From Takakia lepidozioides (Eukaryota; Plantae; Bryophyta), in contig CM060731.1 of the NCBI GenBank assembly GCA_030704615.1, positions 33,294,001 through 33,358,000 of the forward strand: 64,000 nt of DNA, given 5' to 3'. The notes under the pieces are model-generated. The model was not told where the DNA came from and ran no database searches. It saw nothing but the letters and a program-made list of their open reading frames with translations. Of the stretch, positions 11,862 to 25,111 are shown in pieces (the stretch's first letter is position 1; each line of letters starts with the position of its first letter). The translations under genes were made by a program, and so were the position numbers.

Positions 11862-14800
11862 ATGGAATCATGGAATTATGCGGCAGCCGAAGGGGCGCCT
11901 TCCTCTTTTTCAGGCCCCGAGCTTTCAGTGACTGACCCCGGTGCAGGAAGTGTTGTTAGTACACCTGCATGCGATTGGCCTCCTAATCATGGTGCACCTT
12001 CTTCTGCCAGTGCGGTGGGAGAGGCTGGTCCTGAAGGTACGTCCTTTCTTTTCCTTCGTTTTGATATGTCTGGTTGAGACTGCGACCAATCATCTGTCAG
12101 AATTGCATGAGTAGGGGAAAGTTCACATTACTGCCAAACCTGGGCCCTCGGGAGCAATTCGAACTCTCCTGTAGCGAATTTCAATGCGGGATTGAAGTCT
12201 GAATGGCGCACATTTGGGATCTATCAACCAGCCGAGACGTAGACTGAGGATACTACGATCTTCCTATCTGCAAAGGGGTTTTATGTGCTTTTTTTAAAAC
12301 TGAAGTCAGGCTACTCCGGGTTTGAGATGCACAGGAAATTATATCAATTTTGATCTATTGGCATGTTTGTTGTGGACGACGAAGTACGCCTGGATATTCC
12401 CGGTTTCATTTGCCATAGCTCGGAAAGGCGAATCTGAGTTTCCTGGGAGGATGAAGGGGGGGGTTAACGTTTATTTCTGGCTTCCTTTAGGAGAACTAAA
12501 GAGATCAGTGCTTCAGAGAATCTTATCGTAATGGTGGCATCTTCAGGCTTGGAAGAGCCGGTGATGCTGTTGGCAAATGTTGATCTCATAAATCTGCAGG
12601 AAGCCCTTGTTTGCAATGCGCACTTATATCCCAGCCACCTTCCTTTGGGAGATGATCATCTTGAGCAGGCGCTCACTTGGAGCTTGCCCAGCTAGTCATC
12701 CCCAGCAAGCATTGATATAAAGCGAGATGTGTTTGTGGATTGTTTTCCAAGGTTTTCTTGCCGACAAGCTCATCTCAGGATTAATCTGACCACATATATT
12801 GTCAGATTAGGATTGTCAATGAAAATAAATTAGAACGAGTTGATTCAGGTATTCCTTATCTCTAATGAAATTACAAATCTGAACTTCCTATATTGGCTGA
12901 AAAGAAATCTATGTTATTAGGAGCTTGAAATGTGGTATTGTTTCATTGAGGATGATTGCTTTCTCATTGGAAGATAGTCTTGCCTATGGTGTTGCAGACT
13001 TGAGTAAGAGAAAGTGTGTATCATGCAGAAGCAGTGTGGCAAATGACGATGCAGCCACCAGAGGGGATGGATGGAACGCAAGGGCCATATCCAGAGCGTC
13101 CAGGCGAGCCTGATTGTTCGTACTATATGCGCACAGGAGTTTGTGGGTTTGGCATGACCTGCCATTTTAATCATCCTTCTAATCGCAAGCTGGTGCAATC
13201 CCTTACCCTTTTTGTTATTACCTGCATTCAGATTAGCAGGCATCTGACATCTCGATGGCGGAAACAGTATAGTAGGTATGATGGTCTATGTCTTCTCCCA
13301 AAATTTGAAAGATATAGTATAATCATAGAGAAAGAATGCACTTGCAATTGTCTATGAAGGAGGTGCGGGCACCAACAGATGCATAGGGTGGTCATATATC
13401 TGACAAGGGCATAGAAAACCTAATTTCTTCCAAGATGTTTTCTTTCGTAGGACTTGACTTCCATACAGTCAATAATGTTGGAGTTTTGGATAAGCTCAAT
13501 GTCTGAAGGCTGACCATTTGGTTGACCTGTACATCAGGCTGCAGCAGTTGCCCGAGGCAAAGGAGAGTATCCTGAAAGACTTGGTCAACCTGAGTGCCAG
13601 GTACTGAGGATTGTCTTATTTATCTAGCAGAGACTGGAAAGATACAATGCTGTGTCCTATCTTGTTTATTAACATCCAGACCTAAGTCAAGGAAGGAAAA
13701 CTGGCCGTTTATCATGCAACAAGCCTTGGAGGCTCAGAGGAGTAGAATATGCTTAGGATTTTCCAGCTCAGGTAGTTTTTCTGCACTAGGATCTTTGTTT
13801 TACAACATCCTATTAATTTCACAATACATGCATAACTGCATTCACTTTATTTCAGTGCTCCTTATGTCTATTTGAAATGAAGTGTGAACAAGCCAATCCA
13901 TGGGGCAGTGGACCTCACTACTGTTCGCAGCAATGAAATGTAAAGCCAAGCCACAATAAGAAGTAATACGTGCTATATGCTTCTCATAAAGACAGTACTC
14001 ATAAGAAGTTGTTTGTACGTGTCTGTAACACATCCCTTGCCTCGGTTCTACTGCATGTAAGATACTAATGTTTCCCTTCTCCCCCATCTCCTGTGGGCCT
14101 TGCTCCTTGTTGTTTCACAGTAGTGATCAATGGTGCACATACAAAACTGACTTCAATTAATCCATCTTCTTAATGTCCAGTATTATCTGAAAACTGGAAC
14201 TTGCAAGTTTGGTGCAACATGCAAATATCATCATCCACGGGAGAAAGCTGGATCGACAGGTCGAGTTCAACTCAATGTTCTAGGTCTTCCTTTGCGCCCG
14301 GTGTGTAACTTTATTCTTCTCTCACGGTTGTCTGCGAGAGAAAATTACTATGATATCAAAGATGCATCTACGCCTTTGAGTTTCGTTTACTGATTGGGCT
14401 CTACATCTCAGGTGCTGATTTTCCAGTCTGACTCAACTTGTGCTTATGTACAGGGGGAGAAGGAATGTGCTTACTACATGCGTACTGGCTCTTGCAAGTA
14501 TGGTGTGACTTGCAAATATCATCATCCACAACCTGCAGCAGTTGGGGCTCTTGTCTCAATGTCTGGGTCACATCTCTATGCTGCTGCAGGGACTCCATCA
14601 TCACCTGCCCTGCAACCTTATCCCACAGGTGTTCCTTCATGGCCAATAGCAAGACCACCGCCTTATCTCCAGGGCCCACGTTTGCAGGGCCCTTCCAGCT
14701 ATGCGCATGTCATTCTTCCTCCCCATCAAGGCCTTGTGTCAATGACAGGGTGGAACACATATCAAGTGAGCAGCCTTGTCGCAACCTTGACTTTCTTGGC

Positions 14801-17800
14801 CAATTGCATATCTTTGTCTGGAAATTGGTGCTATCTACTACACTAGCTTTCTAAGAGATATCTCAATCTAACTCTATAAGTGAGGGGTTTTCTAAGGAAT
14901 GGAAGGATGCAGTAGAAAGAAGTTGTTCCTATGATCCAAGGCAGCCCTGATGAACTGGATTAAATCACAAAGGAATACAACGTGCTCATTATGATGATCC
15001 TAAGGTAGAGGCCCTTGCCTCTTAAACATCATTTGGAAGACTGTAATGATGTCCTTTTGCTGGAGAGAGCGTGTAATCGTCAACCTGTGTAAGAAAGGCG
15101 ATAGAGACGAACCTGGGAACTGCCACGGCATTACACTTCCTAGCACAGTTGGCAACCTGTTTGCAGGATAATAAGCACCGTCTGGAGGTTGATTTGAAGT
15201 CAAGAAGTGTTGAAATTTTTTCTTTACCTAAGACAGCTATGGATGGTGCGATTGGCCTCATGACATTTTCCTTGTTCAAGTGTTGTCCATGAAGGTTAGG
15301 TGGCCTTCCAGAGAAATAGGGGCTGTGTCAACCACTCTTTACCCTAAGTTACTATTCAGGGAAGGAAACAGAAGGAAAACCCAGCTTTGTCTTCCTCCTG
15401 GATGTAAAAAAGGCTTATCATATGGTATGGTGTGCGGGCTGTGGCTTCGTCTGTGGTGTTCTGAAAGAGTATGTTATGGTTAATGGCCAGAAGTCTAATT
15501 TTTTTAACATTGACCAAGGTCTAGCTCAAGGTTGTACCCCCTCCCCACTGCTCTTCATTGTTTTCATGAATAAGCTCCTTGAAGATAAAGCGAGGGATTT
15601 GGGTGAAAGGTGGGTGATGCCATCATACCAGCTCTAATGTTTGTGGATGACTTTGCGTGCCTAGGGGACCCCCCATCCAATGCAAAGAGGTACTTTGACC
15701 TGGGCAGGCTAGAAGCCAATGTCAGTAAATGTGCAGTGGTGGCCTTCAATGATTGTGGGGATAGAGGAGGGGATCTCGAATGGACATGGGGCAGCGAAGA
15801 GATCCCTCTGCTATTTGTGTTGAGTTTTCCTCCAGTTGTAACTGGGATGCACATATACCAAAAGTGGTTCAATCAGTTAAACACAAAGCGTCTACCCAAT
15901 TTTCCCACTGCAGAGGGATTAATACTGAAGTTAAAAGGACCATGCTTTGCAATGTTATTACGCCTACCTTGGAGTATGCATCTGCCACGTGGGAGGGCAA
16001 CTCCAACCATCCTAAAACTTTAGAGTTCATTCAGCTTTCGTTGCTCAAAGAGAGCACGTCAGCGCCCTAGAACAGCTAACGTGGCTGTTCGGGGAGGGTT
16101 TGGCGTACCACCTTTGAGCTCTCGATGTGATGAGTTCAAGGTCAGATGGAGGGGTCAGTTGAGTTGCATGCCTAATACCAGATGCCCTAATATGACTCAA
16201 CTGTTTTTCTTGGAAGCTAGATCATCCCATTAAACAGGCCACGCCCTGGCGGAAAGAGAGGAGATTTTCAAGTACCTGAATATTAGGTGGGAAGAACTGA
16301 CCGTGCTAGATAGGCTGAAGTCTAAGGCCATGTGGGAAACATGAAGAATGTCCGAATGAAGTCAGGCATAAAAGTTCCCTGAGCTTGTTTCCTGTTTGTG
16401 ACATGGGTGGGGAGTCTACCTTTGAACAATAAACAGATGCAGAGGGGAAAGGGAGACTGTCAATGCCCGATGTGCGGGCGCCTTGAAGACAAAATCCATT
16501 TTCTGATACAATGGGGTATTCTCATAGAGAGCGACCCTCTCAGGACGATCAAGAACATAGTCCCTGCACCTCTGTTCACCAACTTTCAAAATCTCGAGGC
16601 TGAGCCAAAAGCCCTGGCCCTAATTGCTGGGCAGCTCATACACAGTAGATTGATGCTTGTGTGAAGGGTTTTCTAGAGGATATCTGGAAAGCCCGAACTG
16701 ATGGTTTATACGACTGTTCCCTTTTGTTCGGCCCAACCTGGGCACGGGGTTTACGGCCACAAGGCTACGGCGAACGACATCTTATGATTACATCTGGGCA
16801 TCCTGTTGACTTTCCCAAAAATCTGTTTTTCTCTCTACTCATAGTCACAAAGGATATGGACCGTATTAGGAGATCTACATAATCCTTGAGACTGACAGAC
16901 CTTACCACACCCTTCAGTTCCGCAGATAATTCCTCATTCTTCTTGTAGTGGTTTGAGGTATAGACAAGTGTAGTAGGTAAGTCTATGGATCATTGAACTT
17001 GGTGTTATTGGGGGTTCCTTGTGTGTGCATAGCTCTGGAGCACATATTAGGCCTCTTTGATTAGTGATACTAAGGCATTGCATTCCTTTTTGGGCTGGTG
17101 TATTGGAGAGTTGTCTTCCGATGTTTTGCTTACTTCTAAAAGTTGCAAACAACTTTGAATGTAATAGGGACCGGTTGGGCCATTAGCATCTCCTGAGGGC
17201 CAACAACATGCATTAGGAGCTGGTTTTGTCTATGGAGCAGCACCACAGACAGATCCACTGTCAGGGAGTATACATGGAACGTATCCCCCATATATGCAAG
17301 GGTCTTCAACAATGGGTGTCCCAGCGCTGCAACCTCAATCCAGTGGAGCCCAGAAAGACAACATTTTCCCTGACAGACCGGGGCAGCCAGAGTGCCAGTA
17401 TTACATGAAAACGGGAGACTGCAAGTTTGGCATTACTTGTAGGTACCATCACCCCAAGGATAGAGCCACTCCGTCACCGACTTGTGTTTTAAGCCCCATC
17501 GGTCTGCCATTACGCCCGGTAAGGACCACCATTCATAAATGTTGTGTGCTTCAGATTCCACTAGCACGTATTTCCTCTCTCCCTCTCTCTCCCCCCTGCC
17601 CTTTTGCTTTGGCATTGTGACTGAAATCTCTCTCTCTCTCTCTCTCTTATTGTCCCCAAGCAGTCTGACGGACAATCTGCCCCTATGTGTGCGGAGCCTG
17701 TGCGTCGTGTAACTGAAAGATTTGGTACCCTGAATGGTTTACCAATTCTCAAAGTTTACACAAGACGAGCAAAATCTACACATGGGGTAACCGTCCCCCC

Positions 17801-20800
17801 TTTGCAGAACGGTTGGCCGTCCAGGAGCAATCACAAGCTACCTAGACGACAAACAATTCACACGCAAAGGGCTGGCTTGCGGCTGGCCACTTTCAACTTC
17901 TCAGGGTTGACCAACCAAAGGAAACAACTTGAAGTGGGACAAGTTCTTCGGACTAATGATATTCATATCTGTGCTGGGCAAGAAACATGGGAAACGTCGG
18001 ATAAACTGGTTGGAGATGTCATTGGTTATAAATGGGCAGGTAAGATGTGTACTCTCAAGGCAGCCTCTGCCAAACGCGGTCAAAAAGGGGTTGGATTCTT
18101 TGTCCGTGATTTCTTGTTTGACAATTGTGAAATTATCAACAAGGGTTTGAGGTACGAGCATAGTATCTGGCTAAAACTGAATTTGAAGGGCGGCATGAGT
18201 ACAAAGGACCTCTTTGTTGGTTGTGTTTACATGCCCCCAGAGGAACGTTCCATTGTGGACTATATCATAATGGACAAAATTTTGTTCCCCCAGTGTGCCA
18301 ATGTGTTGATCGACAGAACTGATATTGGTACCTCTGACCACTTCCTGGTTTGGACTGAGATCAAAAGGTGTTTTCCCACCACCAAGAGATCTGTGAAACG
18401 TTCGATTCGGAAGTGGCGCATAGAAAAATTCCACAATGAGGAGGTCAAGGCTGAGTACGTCCAGGCCTTGCAAGAGGCTCTCCCTCATTTTGTCCAATCG
18501 CTCCAAGAACTTCAGTCACGCTCTGTTAACGCAAGAAATGAAGTCGAAAGAGCAGTGGACTCTTGGGAGAGTTTCGTTTCCTCCGTGGCTGACAAGATCA
18601 TTGGGAGGAAACTAATTGTCTGCGGTAGAGCAGTTAATTGGTGGACTAATGAGATTAAACTCAAGATAGCTGAGAGACGAGCCCTCTATAAAGAGTGCTG
18701 CAATTTGGAAACCAACAGAGAATTGTGGGCGAGGTACTACCAGCTCCGTAAAGATATCAATCAGCTTGTTAGGTCTCAGAAGAAATTATACTGGGACAAG
18801 TTATACAGTGAAATAAACTCAAACCACCATGGTGGTAATGACAAGAAATTCTGGTTGGCCCTTCAACGTTTGTACAAACCGAAAAACGGTCAGCAAGTAC
18901 AAGCGCTGAAGACTACTACAGGTGCAGTGGTGACTTCATCGGTTGACATTGTCAAAACCTTTGAAACTCACTACAGTATCCTTGGCAGAACTTCTAGGTC
19001 TAACAGTGAGGGGTCTTCTGCTGAATGGAGGGACACAGTTGGAAAAACTGTTCCTATGATTCAAAACAGCCCTGATGAACTGGAGTATATTTCAATGGCT
19101 TATAATGCTCCCATTAGTTCTTCTGAGATTGTGGAAGCAATTGAACATTTAAATGGATATAAAGCTGGTGGACCTGATGGTATTGTCAACGAGCTTATCA
19201 AGCACGGTGGCGATCCCATGATAGAGGCCCTAGTTCTCCTCTTTAACCTTATCTGGAAGACTGAAATGATCCCCTTTCGCTGGCGACAGGGGGTCATTGT
19301 CAATCTATACAAGAAGGGTGACAGAGAAGAACCGGGGAACTACCGTGGCATCACGCTCCTCAATGCTGTTGGCAAGACATTCTGCAGAGTTATAAGTACT
19401 CGTCTCGAGGTTGATCTGGAGTCCAGAGGTTGTTTCCACGAAGGCCAAGCTGGCTTTCGGCGAAACAGGGGCTGTGTGGATCATATCTTCACTCTAAGCC
19501 AGATTATCCAGGGAAGGAAAAAAGAAGGGAAACCCACTTATGTCTTTTTCCTGGATGCGCGCAAAAAGACGACCGCAAGCTGGGCATGGGGTGCGGTCTG
19601 AGGGCTAGAGGCTAATGTCAGCAAATGTGCAGTGGTAGCATTCAACGACAGAGGAGAGGGAGGAAGTGATCTTAAGTGGCAGTGGGGTAGCCAAGAGATC
19701 CCGGTCCTCCCTTCCTACACTTACCTGGGCGTTGAGTTCTCCTCCAATTGTAATTGGGATGCACATATCCGGAAAGTTGTTCAAACTGGCAAGGGCAAAG
19801 CTCTGGGGCTCACTAAATTTTTCCACTGCAGAGGGGTCAACTCTGAGGTTAAGAAAACCATGCTTTGTCGCGTTATTAGACCTGCCTTGGAGTACGGATC
19901 TGCTATATGGGTTGATAACTCCAACCAGGCTAAGTCTCTAGAATCCATTCAAGTGGGGGTGCTTAAGGAGTGTATGTCAGCATGCTCCAAAACAGCCAAT
20001 GTGGCTGTTCGGGGTGAGTTTGGCATTCCGTCCTTAAGCTCCCGACGAGATGAATTCAAGGTCAGATGGTGGGGTCAGCTGCAACATATGCCCAACACCA
20101 GATATCCTAAATTAATCGACTCTATATCTTGGAAACAGGACCGCCCTGTCAAACAGGCTAAGTCCTGGCAGAAGAGAGTAGAAGAGATCCTCAAGGACCT
20201 GGACCTGGATCCGCAAATCTTGACCCTGCTGGATAAATCTGACTTAGAGGCTGTAGTGTCCTCAGCCATGTCTGTTGCCATGAGATTGTCTGATGAAAAT
20301 GAAGTTAGGCAGAAAACTTCCCTGAACTTGTTTCCAGTCTGTGACATGGGGGAAGACATCTTGGATGACCTCAAGGGTCTACCCACTCTCGGCACTAGAC
20401 TGAAATTTAAACTCAGGGCAGGAAGCCTACCTTTGAACAGCAAACAGAAGCAGAGAGGAAAGGGAGAGTGCAATTGCCCGTTGTGTGGGCAATCTGAAGA
20501 CAGTATTCATTTTCTGATACACTGTCCGGGGTTCTCTCACCAAAGAGACGCTCTCTTCAAATCTATTAAGGGAATTGTGCCTGTACCCCTGTTTACCAAC
20601 TTTGAAAGTCTCGAGGCTGAGCCAAAAGCCCAGGCCCTCCTGAGGCCTAGTTTTTGGGCAAATCACACACAGCAGATTGATGCTTGTGTGAAGGGATTTC
20701 TAGAAGATATCTGGAAAACCCCGGATTAATTCTTTATATGGAGGTAAGTCTTACTACCAACGTCAGCCCCTGACAGAGGTAGGTTCTGTCCCTTTTGTTC

Positions 20801-21572
20801 CCGCTCAAACTGGGCGCGGGGTCAATGGCCACAAGGCTACGGCAAACAACGTCTTATGAGTACAATCTTACTCATTAGGCAAGATGTTAAATTTCTAGAG
20901 GATATGTGAACCAAAGTCCTGGACCAATTGTCTGTTCCAAGGTAAGTCATACTACTGGCGTCAGCCCCTGACAAAGGTAGTTTTTGTCCCTTTGTGTTCT
21001 GCTCAAACTGGGCGCGGGGTCAATGGCCACAAGGCTACGGCAAACAACGTCTTATGAGTACATTCTCTCTCTCACTCAGTGGCTTCTCATCAACCCAGTC
21101 TGTTTTCATTTCTTCAATGTCTCATTCCATCTGGTTATATTGTCCATATTTTGGTGTTGTTGACTCTCGGCATCTTGAATCACAGGGAGCTCCACCTTGC
21201 ACATTCTACACCCGGTATGGTATCTGCAAATTTGGACCCACGTGCAAATTTGATCATCCTTTAGGGGGGCTAACTTACAGTCCATCAGCATCTTCGCTGG
21301 CTGACATGCCCGTCGCCCCCTGCCCCATTGGCTCTTCGCCCACCACTCTTGCCCCTTCTTCATCCGCTGAAGCTCCTAATGAAGGTCCGTCTGTGGCAAG
21401 CTCATCCAACGAGCCAGCCCCCCTCTCAGAAGAAGCTCCCAGTCATCACCAGTCAAGAGAGAGCTCGGAGTCAGCAGCTCTGAGCACGCCAGCAGGTGCC
21501 AATTTGACCACTCAAGTGTCAAGCTTGGGAACAGCAAGCGACAGCCAAGCTGCAAGTCCTGGTGCAAGTTAG
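11862..21572 (+). CDS. CCCH zinc-finger protein with five C-x8-C-x5-C-x3-H fingers (ZFN/C3H32/C3H58-like), 7 exons
   Basis: Exons 11862-12036, 13029-13192 ([30 protein letters not shown]), 13538-13600, 14181-14300 ([19 protein letters not shown]), 14454-14766 ([22 protein letters not shown]), 17168-17518 ([22 protein letters not shown]) and 21186-21572 ([21 protein letters not shown]). All have GT-AG borders. Confidence 0.93.
14873..16794 (+). mobile_element. Old, degenerate 5'-truncated LINE family A copy (RT plus C-terminal zinc knuckle) in CCCH gene intron 5
   Basis: RT motifs [14 protein letters not shown] and ALMFVDD, knuckle [14 protein letters not shown], many frameshifts. Aligns by eye to 19000-20866 and ends with GGCTACGGCGAACGACATCTTATGATTACA. 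Confidence 0.9.
17650..20866 (+). mobile_element. Young, near full-length single-ORF LINE family A (APE endonuclease + RT + CCHC knuckle; RTE/RTEX-like) with internal deletions, in CCCH gene intron 6
   Basis: ORF 17685-19601: APE motifs [19 protein letters not shown]; RT motifs [34 protein letters not shown] 19632-20729: YTYLG and [17 protein letters not shown]. No separate ORF1 is seen. Confidence 0.95.
20890..21066 (+). mobile_element. Second family A 3' end in tandem
   Basis: Diverged repeat of 20697-20866 ending GGCTACGGCAAACAACGTCTTATGAGTACA. Confidence 0.85.
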
Positions 21573-23758
21573 TGAACGCCACTCTTAAGCAAGATTTCCT
21601 TGCTGCTCAATCCATAGAAATCTTCACAACCATACACAGCCCCTCGATTTTTGGTTTCCAGATTTGCTGTTTTATTAGGCTCGAAGGTGGTGTTCAGTGA
21701 GGCTAGAACCCAGCTGTGCATTTATCCAGTTCTGTTGCAGCCTATCTGGAAGCTGTACATTGCTGTAAGGGCTGTACAGTGGGGGCATCGTTTGTCTTCT
21801 TGTTGTCTTTCTCCGGTCCTACCTCTGTAATCCCCATGTTTCCCACTGTATTTGTGCAACCCTCCAAATTGTTCGACCCGTATTTTATGCCTCCCTTTTG
21901 TATCGTTCATTCTAGTCGTCACCCATTTGATTGACCCTTGATCCTTTATTCGGACTTTTAGAAATTCCACAGACCTTGGGTTGAATGGAACTGCAAAGAG
22001 GAGACAAGTGCTCTTGCTCCAATGTAGAGTGCAATAGACAGCTGTTTAGGCCGATCGCCTAAGTCTCCCAAATAACCATTGGTTACTGCCTCCACTCTAA
22101 GCCATCAACTGGATTGCAGGCATGTAAATGAAATCTTCGCCTTTGAGAATTGCACGTGCTCATTGACTTCGACCAGCTCATAGCATGTGAGTTTGCCAAC
22201 ATTTGTTTTGTGCTTCAAGTAAATCAAATCTGAAGAGTGAAAGAGATTTTCAGAACTTGTCCGTACAGTGGATGAAGATTCTTAAATTTTTCTGGTTGAC
22301 AATGTGCTCATGCTGTTTATTCTCAAGTTGGGCGTGTGTATGTGTGTGTGTTGTTCCATGCATATAATTTGTCCTCTTGCATTGTTGGACCGGTTATGAC
22401 TAGGATGAGACAGCCTCCTTGGATAGTCCATTGTTACTTGCACCAGTCAGTTGAGTGTGTAGACACTTCTCGTGTCAGTACTTTTTTCACAGTACCTGGG
22501 TGGGCCTCTGGCATCTTGGTTCAGCCAGAGTCCACAATGCAGAAAAATGGTTGGTTCCTGAAGCTTAAGGTTGTCGGTGACAGTCTACCTCTTGGTCTGT
22601 TGTAGGCCTTACCTCTGCAGTAATAGTGCTGCTGTTGGATTCTTAACAGGCAAGCCGGCAGTTTACAGCAGATCCTTTTCCCTGCTCTGACCTGTTTCCA
22701 TAATTCTGGCCTCTGTAGCAAGAGGCAGACAGGAGTTTTTACCCTGGATGACATAGAACATGACTTTTGTTGTCCCAGAGCCCTCTGTGGTAGCTTGTTG
22801 TGTTGTTTCTCGAACTCATGGTATTTGCAGGTAGGGTGGGAATTGTCAATAGGTTTCCCTGTGGCCCAACCTCAACCAAGTACGTGGAATGATGGGGTCT
22901 TTGTATGACTGCACATGCGAGTAAGGGAGCATCTTCCAAAGTTTGTGACTGACTGACTCAGTGACTTGTAACATCCCCAAGTTGTCGCGATGCACAAAGT
23001 CTTTGCATGACTGAAGCGGAAAACCCGTCGCACTGTACCTGATTTATTGTAAATTGCGGGTATTTTTTTTTTTTATGGAGGGTTGGAGTTCCAGTAGCAA
23101 TGATGTTTTCATGCCGTTTAACCTGTCAGTGCTATGATTGCATGGGATACTCTAGAAGTGCATGCATTAATCGAGCCTTGAAGTTGGACTAGTCATTCCC
23201 TCCAACTCCTTAGAGGCCCTCTAGAGGAAGGAACAGTCAATATGAAAGCAAACACAAAACCAAGAGGTTCTTCCTGTGCGAACAGGTCCACCACCTTTAG
23301 TTGTCTGATCTCTGAAGGCAAGGAAAAGACGGGATCCGCGCCTTTGGAGCTACTTTCCTCCCCCCATGCTTAACTCTTGGCCCAGGCTAGAATTTTGTAG
23401 CTGGGAAGCAGTTTGTCATAAGATTTGTTGTTACGAGATTGTGCCATAGACTTGTGTGGCAGTTGAGACATATCATGCTCAGATCAGGTCTTCTTCATGG
23501 ACGATAGTAGCCAATGGTTGGGCAGGATTGTGTAATGTAGGGTGTTGAGTTTTGACGCCCTTCATGTCCTTAAGGGGTTATTTGCTCTTCAAATAAGGGC
23601 AATTGTCTAAAGTGCCATTCAAAACGAAAGGTGGGGTGATTGGGCCACACTTCACACTGAAGGGGTTGGAGAAAATTGCCCTGCATAAAAAATTGTGCCC
23701 GTAAAAAACCTATGGGTTTTAGAGCGGGAAGTGACCTTACAGCGGAAGATACCTAGGT

Positions 23759-25080
23759 CAGGGGATCTTGGCCTTCCATATTTTCTTTTCTAATTTCCTT
23801 TCTTTTATTTTAGTTCCAAGATTCTCAGCCATCCACCTCCAAAAGAATAAAACCCCTTTGTCCTTAAGCAGCGGAAGTCCCCTACCTGGAGGGGGGCTGT
23901 GTTTTTTTTTTGAAATTTGGAAAATAACAGGAGTGGCTACTGAGTTTTGCAAGAAATAGCCATATTTTCTGTTCATCCACAGGAATTTGGATAGAATCAT
24001 CCTCCCTGTATTTTCATCCATGTATATCATCCATATTTGGAATTTATCCATAGTTTAAATTTTAATTAGCGAAATTTGGTGATTTAACGCCTAGATTAAT
24101 AGCGTCTTGAATGCACAAGCGTGTGGCCTGTGGGCCCTGCTTGGTCGCCAAGAAGGGCCGTTGTTTGGCCGATTCTGCCCGGTAAGCGGCCTTTGGGCGA
24201 GCCCGTCAGGGCGAGCACAGGGCAGAGTGGGCCAACGCGGCCCGTTCACTGGCGTTAAAAACAGGTGTGGCGGATTCTTGCCACTACGTGGCGTAATATG
24301 ATTGAGGTTCGATTATCCCATATCGATTGCCCAGATTCAGAGCCCCTGAGAGGACATAAACGGGGCGAGCCTCAGGGGAATGTGGGTGCGTTGATGGCTG
24401 ATGACATGGGCCTCGGTGATAGGTCTGCCGTCCTCTATGCGTACTCGGCCATCCTTGCCAATTCTGCCCTGGGTGGCCGATTCGGCCTGAGAATTAGGCC
24501 GAAAAAGTGGCAGAATCCGCCACACCTGCTTTTAACGTCCAAACAAGGGGTCACCCTACCATGACCGGGTCCACGCCCTAGGGTCTGCCGCTACTTAGGG
24601 CAGACCCTCTCAGGCAGACCCAGAGAGGGTCGGCTGCCGTATCTGTCTGCCCTTTCAGAGACTTTGTGAGTCTTGCCAGCTTCATTACATCCATCTCTAC
24701 ATATCGTACCATCATTGAAGGTTTGAACCCACGGCCACTGCACTTTCAAGGATTGTACCCAACCACTGGGGTACCTACAGCTTTTTTCCTGGCATTCGAA
24801 ATTTTATTTCTTTATTCTAAACTCTCTACCTTGGAATAGTGCCTGCGCCTGAGGAGAGGCTTTCCTGCGGGTCTGCTAGTGGGGCATGAGGCCATGCTGC
24901 AGACCCATGGCCCCGGGGTGACCCTCTCCTTTTCGCGGGTCCCACCATGTGCGGGCCCACAATGCATTCAAGACCCTATTAATCTAAAATGAGAGGCTGA
25001 GAAAACAGGGCATTTACGACAGAATATTCCATTTTATTTTTTGAGGTCGAAATATTCAATATTTCGCCAGATGTACAAAC
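23759..25080. mobile_element. MITE-like dispersed repeat (copy 2), interrupted by a nested element
   Basis: Homologous to 10672-11118 on both sides of the 24100-24978 insertion. Confidence 0.65.
24100..24978. mobile_element. Nested non-autonomous TIR element (TAG(C/G)GTCTTGAATGCA ends)
   Basis: Left TAGCGTCTTGAATGCA and right TGCATTCAAGACCCTA, with TTAA (or ATTAAT) duplicated on both sides. Internal inverted repeat at 24251-24285 / 24505-24540. Confidence 0.75.
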
Positions 25081-25111
25081 ACCCACCCAATGGCATTCTT
25101 TCATTTTTTTC

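Noticed and set aside
20800-20866. Ribozyme or U12 snRNA fragment at the LINE 3' end
   Set aside because: No hammerhead CTGA.GA/GAAA core or HDV/twister pattern is visible; the U12-like match is only ~10 nt (CTTATGAGTA).
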